Origin: Lytechinus pictus
Taxonomy: Eukaryota
Direction: 5' to 3'
Length of the DNA stretch: 64,000 bases
NCBI RefSeq assembly: GCF_037042905.1
Contig: NC_087250.1
Location: 13,518,001 to 13,582,000, forward strand
Shown here: positions 13,301 to 28,300 of the stretch, one piece after another
Layout of the letters: each line of letters opens with the position of its first letter
Numbering within the stretch: the first letter of the stretch is position 1
Made by a program: the position numbers and the translations under genes
The notes under the pieces: model-generated
What the model was told of the DNA's origin: nothing
Seen by the model: only the letters and a program-made list of their open reading frames with translations
Databases searched by the model: none

Positions 13301-16300
13301 CATCAATATTACTTGCTACGTGTGCATTGCTACTGCCGATATGATTCGGACGTGGATATGCTACTCAGGATTTTTTATTTCTGCTTTTTGCTTTCAATAA
13401 TTCTTTTTTCATTTTCACAGACAAACCAGGGGATTATTCTAGCTTTCTAACTTTCGAGGCGCACATACAACTCAATAAGCAGACATTCCTCTCCATGTAA
13501 TGCAGCGCACGACACTTGCACCGGTCCGACGGTCCAAGACCGGTAATAATTGCTGATGGGCCAGTAACTTTAAAAAATATCCAGATTTACTGGTCAAACA
13601 CGACCAGTAAATATTATCAAACTGATACAAATGGCATTTTCTTCTCTTTGTATTAAGTTTATTTTATAAAAATGGCTCTCTAAAACTGAGAAATGGCTCT
13701 TATGAATTATGTTGTTTGTTTGTGTACTTTTTTTGGGGGGTAACAATAAGCAATCAAAGAGAAAAAATAAACTCTAGCCTTGTTTTATATGTTTTGGGGG
13801 ACCAGTAAATTTTAGGTTTGGGCCAGTAAAAAATGGAAAAACTGTGGTATCTACTAGTCCGACATGATCAGGTTGGACCAGTAGAAAAAAAGGGTTAGTG
13901 TGGAGCCCTGTTCCAGATTCAACAACACAACTTATTAGGTGAATTGAATAGAGCATCATTCTTTCACTTCATTTGACATATTGTGCCATCGCACTCCTAC
14001 ATATTTGCTTTCAGACCACATGGTATAATTAGACCAAGTAGTAATAGATCATGTGGTACAATCAGACCAAATGACAATGAAGGATTAACTTCAAGTTATA
14101 GTTTATGAATCATGTACTCTTCACATGATAACTATTCCAAGAATTATTTCAATTAGACCAAGTGATGTTAGACAACCTGGTATTAGACCAAATGCCAATT
14201 GAGGCTTACCTTCAAGCTGTAGTTTATGAATCCTATACTCTTCACATGATTACTACGCCTTGAATTATTTTCATTAGACCAAGTGATGTTAGACCACCGG
14301 GTATTAGACCAAATGCCAATTGAGGCTTACCTTCAAGCTGTAGTTTATGAATCCTATACTCTTCACATGATAACTACGCCTAGAATTATTTTCATTGGAC
14401 CAAGTGATGTTAGACCACCGGGTATTAGACCAAATGCCAATTGAGGCTTACCTTCAAGCTGTAGTTTATGAATCCTATACTCTTCACATGATAACTACGC
14501 CTAGAATTATTTTCATTAGACCAAGTGATGTTAGACCACCGAGTATTAGACCAAATGCCAATTGAGGCTTTACCTTCAAGCTGTAGTTTATGAATCCTGT
14601 ACTCCTCACATGATAACTACGCCCAGAATTATTTTAATTGGACCAAGTGGTGCTAGACCACCTGGTACAACTAGACCATATGGCAAATAAGGCTTACCTT
14701 CAAGCTGTAGTTTATTAATCCTATACTCCTCACATGATAACTACTCCCAGAATTATTTTCATTCGACCAAGTGATGTTAGACCACCGGTTATTAGACCAA
14801 ATGCCAATTGAGGCTTACCTTCAAGCTGTAGTTTATGAATCCTATAGTCCTCAAATGATAACTACTCCAAGAATTATTTTCATTAGACCAAGTGGTATTA
14901 GACCACCTGCTTTTAGACCAAATGGCAATTGAGGCTTTACCTTCAAGCTGTAGATTATTAATCCTGTACTCCTCACATGATAACTACGCCCAGAGTTATT
15001 TTAATTGGACCAATTGGTGCTAGACCACCTGGTACAACTAGACCATATGGCAAATGAGGCTTACAATCAAGCTGTAGTTTATTAATCCTATACTCCTCAT
15101 ATAACTACTCAAACCTATTATAATTAGACCAAATGGTATTAGACCAAATGGCAACTAATGCTTACCTTCTAGCTGTAGCTTATGAATCCTATACTCTTCA
15201 CATGATAACTGCTCCCAGAATGAAGCACCTTCCAGAGTTCCAATGAGTATTCCTCCACAACTAAACAGAGGATATAAATAGTAAGATGTAATGGGACCGA
15301 TACTTTAAATTACTGAATGAGCTGATTAATGCTCAATTCAAAGAGCTGAAAGGCAATAATCAGAGCTGCAAACCTTTAAAAGTAAAAAGTATTAATCCAA
15401 GGGAGCGTTTCATGAAAGGACCTATCGGACGTTTTACTGGACAAATTCTGTTTTATTTGACAGTTACCATAGTTACAGTGCCTCTCAGCCAATCGAAATC
15501 CCAAAAGATGTCAGTTCTGAAAACTTGTCAGACAAAGATTTTGAAGAAATGCTCCCAACAAGCTCAAAAGTCACAATTTTTAGATAAAAGTAGTAAATCC
15601 ATACGTCTGATTTCTTCTCCTTACTTGTCATCAACACTGAAAATTCTTATTAAAAAAAAGGATCTTTTATTTTAAAGGCTCGCATTCGGAAGCATGACTT
15701 GCTCTTTTGCGTAAATCCATGATAAATCCAAGATTTGCACTGACAGCTGCAGTGAAATTCTGTCTGCGTACACCCACTACAATAGATTAAGTGTAGGTAC
15801 CGTTGGGGAGGCAGCTGTGTGTATTTGATATTGGGTCTCCTAGATCCAGATAGATCCCTTTTCCGGTCGGTGCTGGTCCCAACGTGTCCCCATAAGAGAG
15901 GTCTTCACATGGCTGATTTATTAAAATGACGGAATTCCGTGCTTATTTTACTTATTTCACAGCACTTGCAGTTGCACATTCTCTTTCAGAGCTATTTGAC
16001 ACATATTTTTATTCATACATGCAACACTTTGGCGGTCATTTTATTGGATTCTGTTCGGATTCATTTTGAGATCGTTACCACAACTGGTATTTATCTCGAA
16101 GCACTATGTAAATGCTGCATATTTACTACTTACGGAAGGGGATCTCCAGCCTTGCTTGGTACATATTTCAGAGACACAATGGGACACCTTGAGCCTTCTT
16201 TGGTTAGGGTCTTGACCTCGGTGTCCGTCTTACGAGTGTCGTAGATGACAACGGTTCCATTCTGTAGTCCCGCATATACATAGTTGGTGTTGGTTGTATT

Positions 16301-19300
16301 CCACGCACAGCACCAGGCAGGCATGGGGCAGGTGTACCTGGATGGTGATGGAGTAACAAAGCAATGGTTACACACAATCTTTGTTCTCCTTTTTATCCTA
16401 TTTTACACTATTTTTGGGGCAGAGCATGACAAAAAAACATAAATTTAAACCCAAATTTAATGGGAATCAGTCGATAGGGGCCCGAGATGTGGCTGTGTAG
16501 ATGCATAATTAGGCCTATGGAAATCAGTATAAGGGTTATTCCACGGTTACTCATGTTACATTTGGAGACACCTTGACTCATACTTGGAGCTGTAACTCCA
16601 TCATTATTGATAGGAACTAAACATCTCTTTATCACAACATAGTACGCAGTCTGACTATCCTTTGTATAAAAACAAAACTTGGGAAATTAGGCCTATGGAA
16701 ATCAGTGGGAGTTTGCCTGGTTCCAAACAATAATGAACAAGGCCAACTTATATAATGGGGCTCACTAAGTATTCATTGAGACATACCTTTGACCACCTTG
16801 AACAAATCAAACCCCCTTTCACGATTGATCACAAAATGGAGTGCCATCTATCGGTAGCAGCAAACAGGCCAAAGTTCCAACTATGGGGTCGACATCACGC
16901 ACACGCGCAGGCCACGCACAGTACTAGTGTACTGTAATGTGACTGTGATGCTTCGAAATTAAAACTATTTGGCAAAAGCAGAGAAGAATTCATTAAAATA
17001 CGGTCTAAATTTTGCAAAGAAATATGCAACAAATTTCTCTCCCACCTCCTGGACCCTATTAAGCAGCCGCTATGCAAAGCCGGTCGAGCTGCGTCGGCCA
17101 GCGCTGTGTAATCACATGCATGCACTAGCACACAGACGTAGATTTCTTCCCACGAGGCATTGCGAATTTCAGCCGGTACGCTGCAACCTATAGGTGGCGC
17201 ACCGTATCGCGAATCCACCACCAAATTATGGGGGGCCTGATGATGTGATCACGACTTACGATTGTACGACTGTGTTGCTTGCTAGACTTGTAATCTTGAG
17301 CGTCTTATCAACCGATGCACTCAAGAGAAGCCCGTCATCTCGTCCACTCAAAGACAATCCACGGATTGGCTTCCCATGGATAGGAATATACTGACATGAT
17401 TTGAAGTCCATTGCACTTATCTGAAAATAAATGGAAGAAAAAACAAACATTTGCAACTACAGTGATGCTTAAAAGTTAGTGAACCCCACGAGAAAACGAA
17501 CATATTCAAAGTGTTCAAGTCTGTCATTATTCTATTGTTAAGTCAGGTGATAAAATATGACATTCAATTAAGCTTGTTTCTCTGGGCTAGCCCAACATTG
17601 TGGTGTTGTTGTCTACATTCAACACTCAGCATGAAGGAGTGCATTTTATCTGAAAATAATGGAAGAAAAAAAACATTGACAACTACAGTGATGCTTAAAA
17701 TTTAGAGAACCCCACCAGAAAATGAACATATTCGAAGTGCGCAAGTCCTGCCATGTTTCTATTGTTAAGTCAGGTGATAAAATATGACATTCAATTAAGA
17801 ATATACACCTTCCAATGTACATACACAAACCAGGATTATAGTGTTTCGATAACAGATTCTTCAGTTATCGCAAGAACAAGGTAATTCAATGTATATAACG
17901 ACCTCTATGACCTTTGACCTCATGACTGCCCAAAAGTGGTTTAGTATGGTATAGAAACAAATGTATATTGACATGATTTGAAATCCATTTCACATATCTG
18001 AACATGAATACAAACAATGAAAAAAAGCAACAAAAATTCAAAATGGTTGGTTGTACACAGATCTGTGACTTGATGAGCATATGCCTCATTATCATCACAA
18101 ATTGAAATAGTTATTATCAAAATGAGCTCACAAGATGATGTTTCAAGCCCCAACAACTAAATAAGTAAATTTGGGCTGTGGTTTCTGCAGAATTCAGGGT
18201 GTAGTTATAAAGATATATTCTCAGGCCCGTATTCTGAAGTCGGGTTTAACTTAAACTGAGGTTTAAAGTTGTGGTTTAAGTATGGACAGCCAATCGTTAC
18301 ATCACTAACAGTAGAGATATATTTCATCTCATTTGGCTCTCAAATCATTCATAAAAGTGTAGGAAGTATAAATAGATTAAATTGTCTGCATCATGGATGA
18401 ATCAGGACAGAGCACAGTAAACACAAGAAACATACAACTTATTAAAAATTTTGACACTTTTGGCTTCCCATAATTTTAGCACAGAGTTAGACCATGGTCT
18501 AAGTTAAACCTGACTTCAGAATACGGGCCTCAGAGTCTAGCAAAATGACCACCAAATAAAGCTTACAGCCTAAACCACTCAATAGTATTGCTCGGGTTCA
18601 ATGACAATTGCTCCTGCAAAACTGGTCCTTCCGGAAATCCAAACATAAAGCTAAACTTCACACCTTACTCTATCCTCATATTGTACTCAACCAAACACCC
18701 TACCACATCCCCTACCCTCATCTCGTATCATCATGGAGGAGTGTGTACGTGTATCTGAGTTTTGTCAGACGTGTATCAATCAGATATGATTATTTACGTC
18801 TGGGACCGACCTTTAACGTCACCATCCGAAAGACGTGACCAGGGCTCGAACCTCAAACCTCTGCATCAATTTGTAACTTCCCCATATAGCTTGGATTACA
18901 GGCGCACACAACACCCAGTCATGGAGGAGCTATGGTAGCAGGAGCAAATATCGTATTAACATTGTTGCTTTGATTTAACAAAACAAAAACAGGTTTTACT
19001 GAAGTGATACAAATTTTATAATAATAATATTCAACATTTATATAGTGCTTAATACAATGTTTCGAAGTACTGCATACTATTACCCCGCATTTAGCATGGC
19101 TACCCTGATCGGGTGCATCGAGCATTCAAGGAATTCCTTCCTACCAGGTGCCCATTTACTACACCCGGGTGGAGAATGGCAAATCTAGATAACCATACCC
19201 AGGCATCGTAAATTTGGACTAAAAAGATGCGCAAGACTTCAAAGTAAAAAGTCAGTAAGCGGCTCGGTCAAAAAAAATTGTGCAGGAGCATTGTCACCAA

Positions 19301-22300
19301 AAATGTTGAGGGAGGCATTGATTCACCCCCCCCCCCCCCCCGGGCGGTTTAAGGGTTAAGATTGATCCCATCGCTAAAATCTAGCATGGTCACTGAAAAA
19401 GAACAATGAGTCATTAAATTTGCTGGTTTATTTCGTTGACAACAACTTATTTTTGTTTCTATTTTCCTTTTAATCAGCCGAGGGCCACCCAAAAGTGTTA
19501 TCAACCTTAAACAATCTGTCCGAATGCTGATTTATGTTTATTTGTATTGGTATGCAGAAATGGATTGAAATTCATGGATTTCTATGTTTCTTAATGGGCG
19601 TGACAATATTATTTTTACTGGTCATTTGTAGCCAGCAAATTCGGCTTAACATAGAAATCAAACTGTCCTAACAAAGACTTTTGCTGGCGGTCTTAGGGTT
19701 AAGATTGATCCCATCGCTAAAATCTAGCATAGTCACTGAAAAAGAACAATGAGTCATTAAATTTGCTGGTTTATGTCGTTGACAACAACTTATTTTTATT
19801 TCTATTTTCCTTTTAATCAGCCGAGGGCCACCCAAAAGTGTTATCAACCTGAAACAATCTGTCCGAATGCTGATTTATGTTTATTTGTATTGGTATGCAG
19901 AAATGGATTGAAATTCATGGATTTCTATGTTTCTTAATGGGCGTGACATTATTTTTACTGGTCATTTCAGGCCAGCAAATTTGGCTTAATATAGAAATTA
20001 AACTGTCCTAACAAAGACTTTTGCTGGTGTTTGTAGACCAGACCAGCGCCCAGTGACACAAATGAAATTATTTTGTAATTGACTAAGCGGAAGCGCCATG
20101 GTGTAGCGGTTATGACTCTCACCTTGTAATCAGAGGGTCGTGTGTTCAAATCCCACCATGGCCTAGCATCCTTGGCAAGGCATCAATCCACACTTTACCA
20201 CTCTCACCCAGGTGCTAATTGGGTACCGGTAGCAAACCGTCATTGTGGTTGGTTTAGCAAGCGTGCGCCTAACTGGCTGCTAATAAGCTATGAATCCAGT
20301 GACTGGGTAATAATAATTTTGAAACGCTTTGAGCAGTAGATTGAACTTGCGCAATATAAAATCCAATGATTATTATTATTATTGTTATTACAATCCCGAG
20401 AGGATGGAATTTACCTTCTTTAATCCAAATCCCTGAAAGAGTACATTAGTTGAGGGCATAGAAGCTAGAAGCAGTTGGTTTGCGGCATCGTAAGTCATCA
20501 CACGACAGTTACCATTCTATTAGAACAAAATATATAAATACATACATGTATCAAACATCTTAACCCTAAAAAGACTGGGGGGGGGGGCTGATTCAGCCCC
20601 CCCCCCCTCGACATTTTTTGCGATAAATCTGCAACCCGAAAAGCTGGCGCCGCGCCGTTCCTTGACTTTTTTCTTTCAAGTCTCTCGCAACTTTTGAGAC
20701 CAAATTTGCGACGCCCGGGTACATGGTTCCGAAATTACGCAACATTTTGTAAGTGCATGTCGACCCGAAATTGCTCAAAAACTTGAATTTGTGTACAAAT
20801 CCAATGCAAATTGTGTTTTTAGCAAAAATTCATAAATGTATCATTATTTTCAATTTTACTAATCAAACTCAATTAATTTCATCTTGTTTATGGTCAAAAT
20901 AATGTAGCGGACGATTTCCATTGAAAAAATAATAAAAAACAAAAAGTCGAAAAACAGAGAAATAGATAAGAAATTTTAAAAACAATAAAATACATAAGAA
21001 AAGAATTGTGATATTGAATTTTTTTTAAAGTACATTTGATCAGAATCCTTCAAAGAGTCTGTGAATAAAAAATTAGCAGTTTAGAGGCCTTATTTAGTTA
21101 ATTAGAGCAAATCTTTGATTTTAGCATAAATTAGCATAATTAATGAATTATGAGATTTTTCGGAAAATTTGATCCTACAGTCTTGGAGATTATGCTATGG
21201 GTAATGCCCGTGCCAATTTTCGTCGTGATCGCGCGGTCAACGGCCGAGATCATAGGGGGGGGGCAGAATCAGCCCCCCCCCCCCCCCCCAGTCTACTTAG
21301 GCATCAAAATAGCCCAGTCTATTTAGGGTTAAAAGAGTTTCATTCATGAATGAATGAATTAATGAAATGACTATAGATCATTCATGAAATGAATGAACTA
21401 GATACTATAGTGGTAATAAGCAAACACTCAATTTTACCACTAAACATGCTACATTTTATATACAATTGAACCTGCAACAGCTATCACCTGTATAGAAGAA
21501 ATATTCAACTATAAAGACCATTTTTTTTTCCCCTGGGATATATTTCCCAATTGAAACAGAAACCTGTTCATATTTTGATTATCTCTCTTGGTCTGGTAGA
21601 TGTTCATGAAGCTGTTCATTAAGTTACAAACGACTTTATGCACGATTGGCATGTGTTAGGTGCAGCTCCTATGTCAGTTACATCTCATACAAAGGGATCA
21701 TTTGCTCACAAGAAAGGATCACCAGACTTGCACAGAGTCAATCGCAACTTACAAACAGATTTTTGAAACACCCACCTGGGTTTCGTCTAACAAAGATTTG
21801 TGATTGATCCAATCAACCACAACTATGGAAAGCCAGCAACGTCAATATCTAAAATGCATGTTTGGTCACAATATTTTCTAGATATAATGTTAAGTCATAC
21901 ACTCATTGTTTTCTTGAAAATTCTGTGTAATTCTCGCTGCTTATGAGTTTCCTGTTGAAAGAATTTATGACATTGATGGATATCCATATAACTGATGTAT
22001 ATCCAAATAACTGATGTTAATTGGATCAAATGAACTCTTTGTAGACGGAGCCCAGGTCTGTATTAAAGTCTTTTGCACAAAAGAAGAACAGGTAATGAAT
22101 TTACCAGTAATTCTTGATGAATGCTGGGTAATTTCAGCATACTGGTATGTACAGTGGATTGCGTAAATCATGATCACGTATGAAAAGATACATACATGTA
22201 CATTACCTAATGACATCTGACATAGTCATTTGACTGATCTTGGGCCCGTTGCAGAAAGAGTTGCGTTAAAACGCAAGTCAAAAAATCAATCGCAAGTCAC

Positions 22301-25300
22301 AAATGCGCGCTGTTGATTGGTTGAAAATCAAGTTATGCGTGAATTTTAGAGTTGCGATTGATTGCAACTCTTTCTGCAACGGGCCCCTTGTGATATAAGT
22401 GTACATTATGCTATATCATGTGACTAATCATGTGATATTTACTGTACAGTACATATGGCTTATCACATGACTGATCATGTGATCTGTCTGTAAATTACAC
22501 TATATCATATGAGTGATCATGTGACAAAACTGTACATGATGCCATGTCATGTGAATGATCATGTGATATACAGTAACTGTTCATATCATGCGACTGATCA
22601 ATGAGATATAACTGTACATTTATGCCATGTCATGTGACTGATCATGTGATATACATACCGGTGATACTTGTATTGTCTTGTCTAGTATGTAATGACCAGC
22701 TGGCCTGCCATGTGATTGCTGGTTGCTACTGGATGATATGCTAGACAGTGGACTGCATTCAGAATGAAACAAGACAAGGTTTCATGATTAATAAACTCAG
22801 AAAAAAACATTAAGAACTAATGCTAGAACGAAACAACATTTAAGTATAATTTTTTATCTATTGTCCATAAATGGAAATTTGTCTTGTTTACATGCCGTGC
22901 AAAAACATCATGAATATTATATAAATTTATACACATGTAACATGAACAATGCAATCTACATTTGGAACATGAAAATAAACATTAATATTACATAGTAATA
23001 AGTCATGGCAGTGTTTTAAATAGCGAAGGCATTTGGTGAGTTTATTGCAATTATCTGAATGAAACCGAGAATGTGGATTTTAAATGACCACCTGTGACTG
23101 ACTGTCTATAGGTAAAGAAATTAGCGGTTAACTACAGCAAAGGAAGTACAATAACTTAGCCTAAAATTACTAAGCCTTCACGGCTAGTCTTTTAGCTTCT
23201 ACAGTCTTTTCTGGTTTCATTATATTTTGCTTCCTTCAAATTTGAAATAGTTTCTACAATTGATATTTATCTCAAACTACTCTAAATCAGACTTATTTAC
23301 ATGTACCTAAACCCAACTCTGTGATATCACGAAATCTAATTTAAAAACTGACCACAATGATTATCACCAACACAGATAAGCATAAGAGGGACAGTGCATT
23401 GATATTGCTTGGAAAAAGCCCAAAATATGGCTGGAATACCATGCCTGTTTTGTCAAATTTTCAGCAATTAGGGTCATTTTCGTTGATACCAGAATTATTT
23501 GGCACTCATTTTATCATTCATTCACAATTTGGTGGTCATTTTATATTGGATATTACTCGGATTATTAGATTGTTAAATTAATTATGTTAGATTGATAAAT
23601 TATGATACAGAGATCCATAAGAGTACAAATCAAATCATATATAATCGTTAACTTTGGACATATTTTCATATTCATTGCAAAACAAAACATGTTTCAAGGA
23701 CATTAATGATAACTAAATTTTCAAAATTTTGAACTCCGAAAGATAATCTCTTCAATCTCAATTTATATATGATACATGGACAAAATATTGAAATACAGAA
23801 ACAGTTTTATAAATGAGAATATATAATGAAAATATCTATACAGTCCCACATACTCACTTTCGTGATGTTGACTGTTGATGAGATTCAAAGATTGCTTTCA
23901 TCCTCTTCACTTCTTCCAGTGCCATGACGTACCTAAGCTGTGTCTGCGCAGCGTCCATCTCCGCCTTTTTTCTTAAATCTTTCTCTCTTTCAAGCTCTCT
24001 ATAATCACACAATGAATAAAGGGGGAAAAGCAAATAAATGGTGGTGACGATTATGATGATCATGAGAAGATGTCTGTACGTAGAAAACATATTGGCAAGT
24101 CTCTCACCCTGTAATAAAGTGTAAGCCCTGAAAAACGAATTTTCATCCTCGGCAAGGTACAAGGCAATATGATTAATAACCAGAGGACATAAGACTTAAG
24201 GTCCTCTCTGAGGGACATGGTAATGAGGATAAAACCTTCTCAAAAGGGCACTAGCACACTGACTGTTAATGTAATTTGGGATACTTTCTCACTTAACACA
24301 ATTTACATAATGGAAAAGGACTTCACTTTTTGCTGCTCCAAGGTACTGTCTGCTCGCTTGTAATACCATGAACAACCCAGTAATCTCACCCTGTCTGTGT
24401 TCAGTTTCATAAGGACTTGTTATAGTAACAAATGCACAATTTCTATGACAAGTCAACCATCAGCCAATCAAATTGATGTATTTCAGTAGCTTTTAACCGT
24501 TATTGAAAATTTGTTATTCCAATAAGTTCCATGAAATGGGCCACAGAAGATGGATCAACATCGATCAGCACCCAAATACAATCTTTCTTTTATCAATTAC
24601 TACAGACTAATTTAGGTTCCCACACTAATCAACTTCTGGTTACCTTCAGGGGTGTGAGTGGTCACAAATAAAAAGATCTGAAAAAAGCTGAAGAGTGTTG
24701 AAAAAGTCTGAAATAGAAAGAGCTCCCATACTTTTTGTACAGAGGAAGGCCAAAAATAAGCTGAAATTAAGCTGAAAATCAAAACAAAAAAATCTGAAAT
24801 CAGATAAAAATCTGAACTCTCACACCCCTGTTTACCTTGTAATTCAAAAAGTTTAATGAACTTTGGGGAAAGAACCTTTGCTCGTGCATGCCCTACATCG
24901 CAAAGTAGCCTTCCTAAAGACATTAAAAAATTGTCTTAGAAACTCCTCGGAACGATATTTTTTACATTCGATTCCTAGTTCTTTATGGGCCTTGATCACT
25001 TTACAGAGTGAATTTGGTACTTAGCAAGTCACATGATTATTATCTGAAGAGGGATTAACTCTACCAATAGCTTACTAAAAACAAATTCCATAGGGATGTT
25101 TCATAAAGAATTTAAGAGTCGCACTTAAATCTTAGTAGCGTGCGGTATATAACACATCACCACAATGGTCAGATTATGCGCATGAGTCGCAGTACCAAGT
25201 ATCCGTCAATCAGAGTAATTGTTTAAAGGACAAGTCCACCCCAACAAAAAGTTTATATGAATAGAAAGAGAAAAATCCAACAAGCAGAACACTGAAAATT

Positions 25301-28300
25301 TCATCAAAATCGGATGTGAAATAAGAGAGTTATGACATTTTAAAGTTTCGCTTAATTTCACAAAACAGTTATATGCACATCCTGGTCGGTATGCAAATGA
25401 GGAGACTGATGACGTCATCCACTCACTATTTCTTTTGTATTTTATTATAAAAAATATGAAATATTCTGATTTTCTCCTCATTGTCAATTGAAATGATAAT
25501 TCCTCCCTGAACATATGGAATTAGCATTGTGTAATTTACTAAATGGTTCAGTCAAGTTGGTCCATATTGCCAAATTTGTAAAAAGTGAAATATTGTATAA
25601 TTCAAACAATAAAAAACAAAAGAAATAGTGAGTGAGGGACATCATCGACTGTCTCATTTGCATGTCACTGAGTTGTGCATATCATTGGTTTTTTTAAATA
25701 AGCGAAACTTTAAAATGTCATAACTTTCTTATTTTACATCCGATTTTGATGAAATTTTCAGTGTTGTGCTAGTTTGATTTTTCTCTCTTATTCAATTCAA
25801 CATTTTCCTCTGGTGGACTTGACCTTTAATAACATGGGCGCATCAGCAATTAAGCATGACTCTCAACTTCTAAGTCAACTCTATCTGAAACGCCCCCAAG
25901 GTGTAACAATACTTACTTTAATGCTCTATCCCGCTCAGATGTATCAAGAACTTTGAGTGCCTTGGCGTAGATCACTCGGACATCTGACCTCTTGGCCTTG
26001 CTGTTGCATTGTGGGCATTTACCACCTTGACCTTTCAGCCATTGCTCAATACAGCTGAAAATAAGAGAGAAAGGGAAACAGGATACAAGAGCATCATTAT
26101 TATTACCATCATCGGTGTGTTGGCTCGATTGGTAGAGCGTCCGTCTCAAAACCGGAAGGTCGGAGTTCAAACCCTGGCCGCGTCAGACCAAAAGACGTTA
26201 AAAGATGGGAGTTGCTGCTACCCTGTTTGGCGTTCAACGATTAAAGCGATAGAGCCTTGTCGATCTGGCGCTGCACAGCGGCTGCCGGGCCAACAATCAA
26301 TTGAGCAAAACAAATTTTCAGAGTATTTCATTTCTTATGTCTATTTCGAACAATAAAATATTCATTTTCATTTTTTCATCAAAATCATCATCATTGTCAA
26401 AATTTATCATCATCATCAGGGCCCGGAACAAACACCCTTTTTGCCATTTTATTGTTCACCAGGGTAATCAATTTAAATCTTTCAAGAAATTGAGATTCCT
26501 GGATTATCAGAAATAATAAAAATAAGATGACCTATTTGGATTCCCTACCCATGGTCTCACATAATAAGTGAGCTAACTCAGTCGAGTGTCTCAGTATAGC
26601 GCCCGTGTCATGCCCATCAACACAGATGAATGATGCATGGTCGCTGCGACTGTGACATTGATGTCTTAGAATTCATTAAATTTTAGTATAAATTTCATTT
26701 GTTATCTTGCACTTTGCTGTCAGATATCAAAGATGTTCCTTGTTCTTTTGATAATCGAATGTCTTGAATCGCTAATCAACATCTGGTGAACATTCTTTTA
26801 GTTTAAAAAGGAGTATTCAGTTGTTGATTGTTTGTAAACTGATTGAATGCATTAAATTGGTAGAGTTTTACTCCCAGGCCTAGCATCATAACCCCAGTTT
26901 ATGTCAGGGAGTTGGTAGTTTCAGTCTTTTTTTTTGGGGGGGGGGGGTATTTTTTAAGTTTGGGCTTTACCACTGCAATTTAGCATGCTTACCTCTGGCC
27001 AAAAAGATGGCCGCAGCGAAGTGAAACAAGACGATGTGAGCCAGACGTCGTCCACGACTCGTAACAGATAATACACGATTGCTAGAATTATCAAAGAAAG
27101 AGAGGCAAAGATAGATAAAATACATGTAGACAATACATGATGGCTGGGATACGAAAACCTGTTAAAGTATGCCTAGCAATCGAGTTTGAAAACTGTTGTT
27201 GGATTACTCCCAAGGGAGAGGAGAAAGTGCATGCAATGTGGAAGCGTCGAGGTGTACCGTTTCTGACTCTCGCCTTGTAATCAGAGGGTCGTGTGTGTTC
27301 GAATCCAACCATGGCATAGCGTCATTTGGCAAGGCATCAATCCACAATTTGCCACTCTCCACCCAGGTGTTAAATGGGAACCAGGTAGGATGTGAAAGCC
27401 TATGTAGTATGCCTAGTAACTGAGTCTGCAAACTCTTGTTGGAATAGTTCCCAGGGAGTGGAGAAATTGTATACGTTTTATGACCGAGGTAATAACATAT
27501 CTGTAAAGCGCTTCAAGAAGTCACTCTGATGTATTAAGCACTATATAAAAGCGGATTATTGTTGTTTGCGGGCAAGCCTCAATCCCATTGCCGTGGTAAT
27601 ATCTGTTAAGCACTTGAAGACATTATGATGTATTAAAGCGCTAAATAAAAGCAGATTGTTATCATCATCATCATCATTTGATTAATTTAATTAAATTTTA
27701 TAGTGACGTCACCTTTTCCCCGACTTGTGCAACTTAACATTATGGACGGTTAATTTTGGATGGTACGTGTGAAACGGTACAAATGTCTAACATTCAGACT
27801 CCCATTTGCTCACGTACAACAAGCTAAGTAGGCGTTGTACAATTTACTAAAGAGTGAACATTTTATCATACAATATCACTGGACTATATGAACTCAAATT
27901 ATAAAATTATCCCTCATGCAGGTCTATTTCACCTCAGGCTTCGGTCTCGGTGAAATGTACTTAGGATAATTTTATATTTGTCGTACAGATAATCCAGTAT
28001 ATTCTACAATAGATTTTACACTATATAAGAGAAATAGGCAGGGATAGCAACATCTCTTTGAGGGTTAAACAACATGTACGATGCCCCTGTGTATTGTCCT
28101 ATTCTATCTGCAGACAATAAGGCCTGCGATGCAATTGCACTGAGATAGGATTGGCAACTTGATGCAATGGGAGCTTAGTGCAATCGCATCCCATAGTGTG
28201 CACTGGGCTTTATGGGTCCTACATGTATTTCAATATATAGATTTGAATCAGTGATACATGTAGGCCGCGCGCCACACTGGCACCGGTCCGACGGTCCCAG

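Noticed and set aside
14030..15165. CRISPR-like repeat-spacer array
   Set aside because: Whole units are repeated with no unique spacers, there are no cas genes, the context is eukaryotic, and the unit derives from an RFWD3 exon
26113..26185. tRNA genes here and at ~20090, 27240 and 34890
   Set aside because: Imperfect cloverleaf stems that continue into SINE bodies and tails
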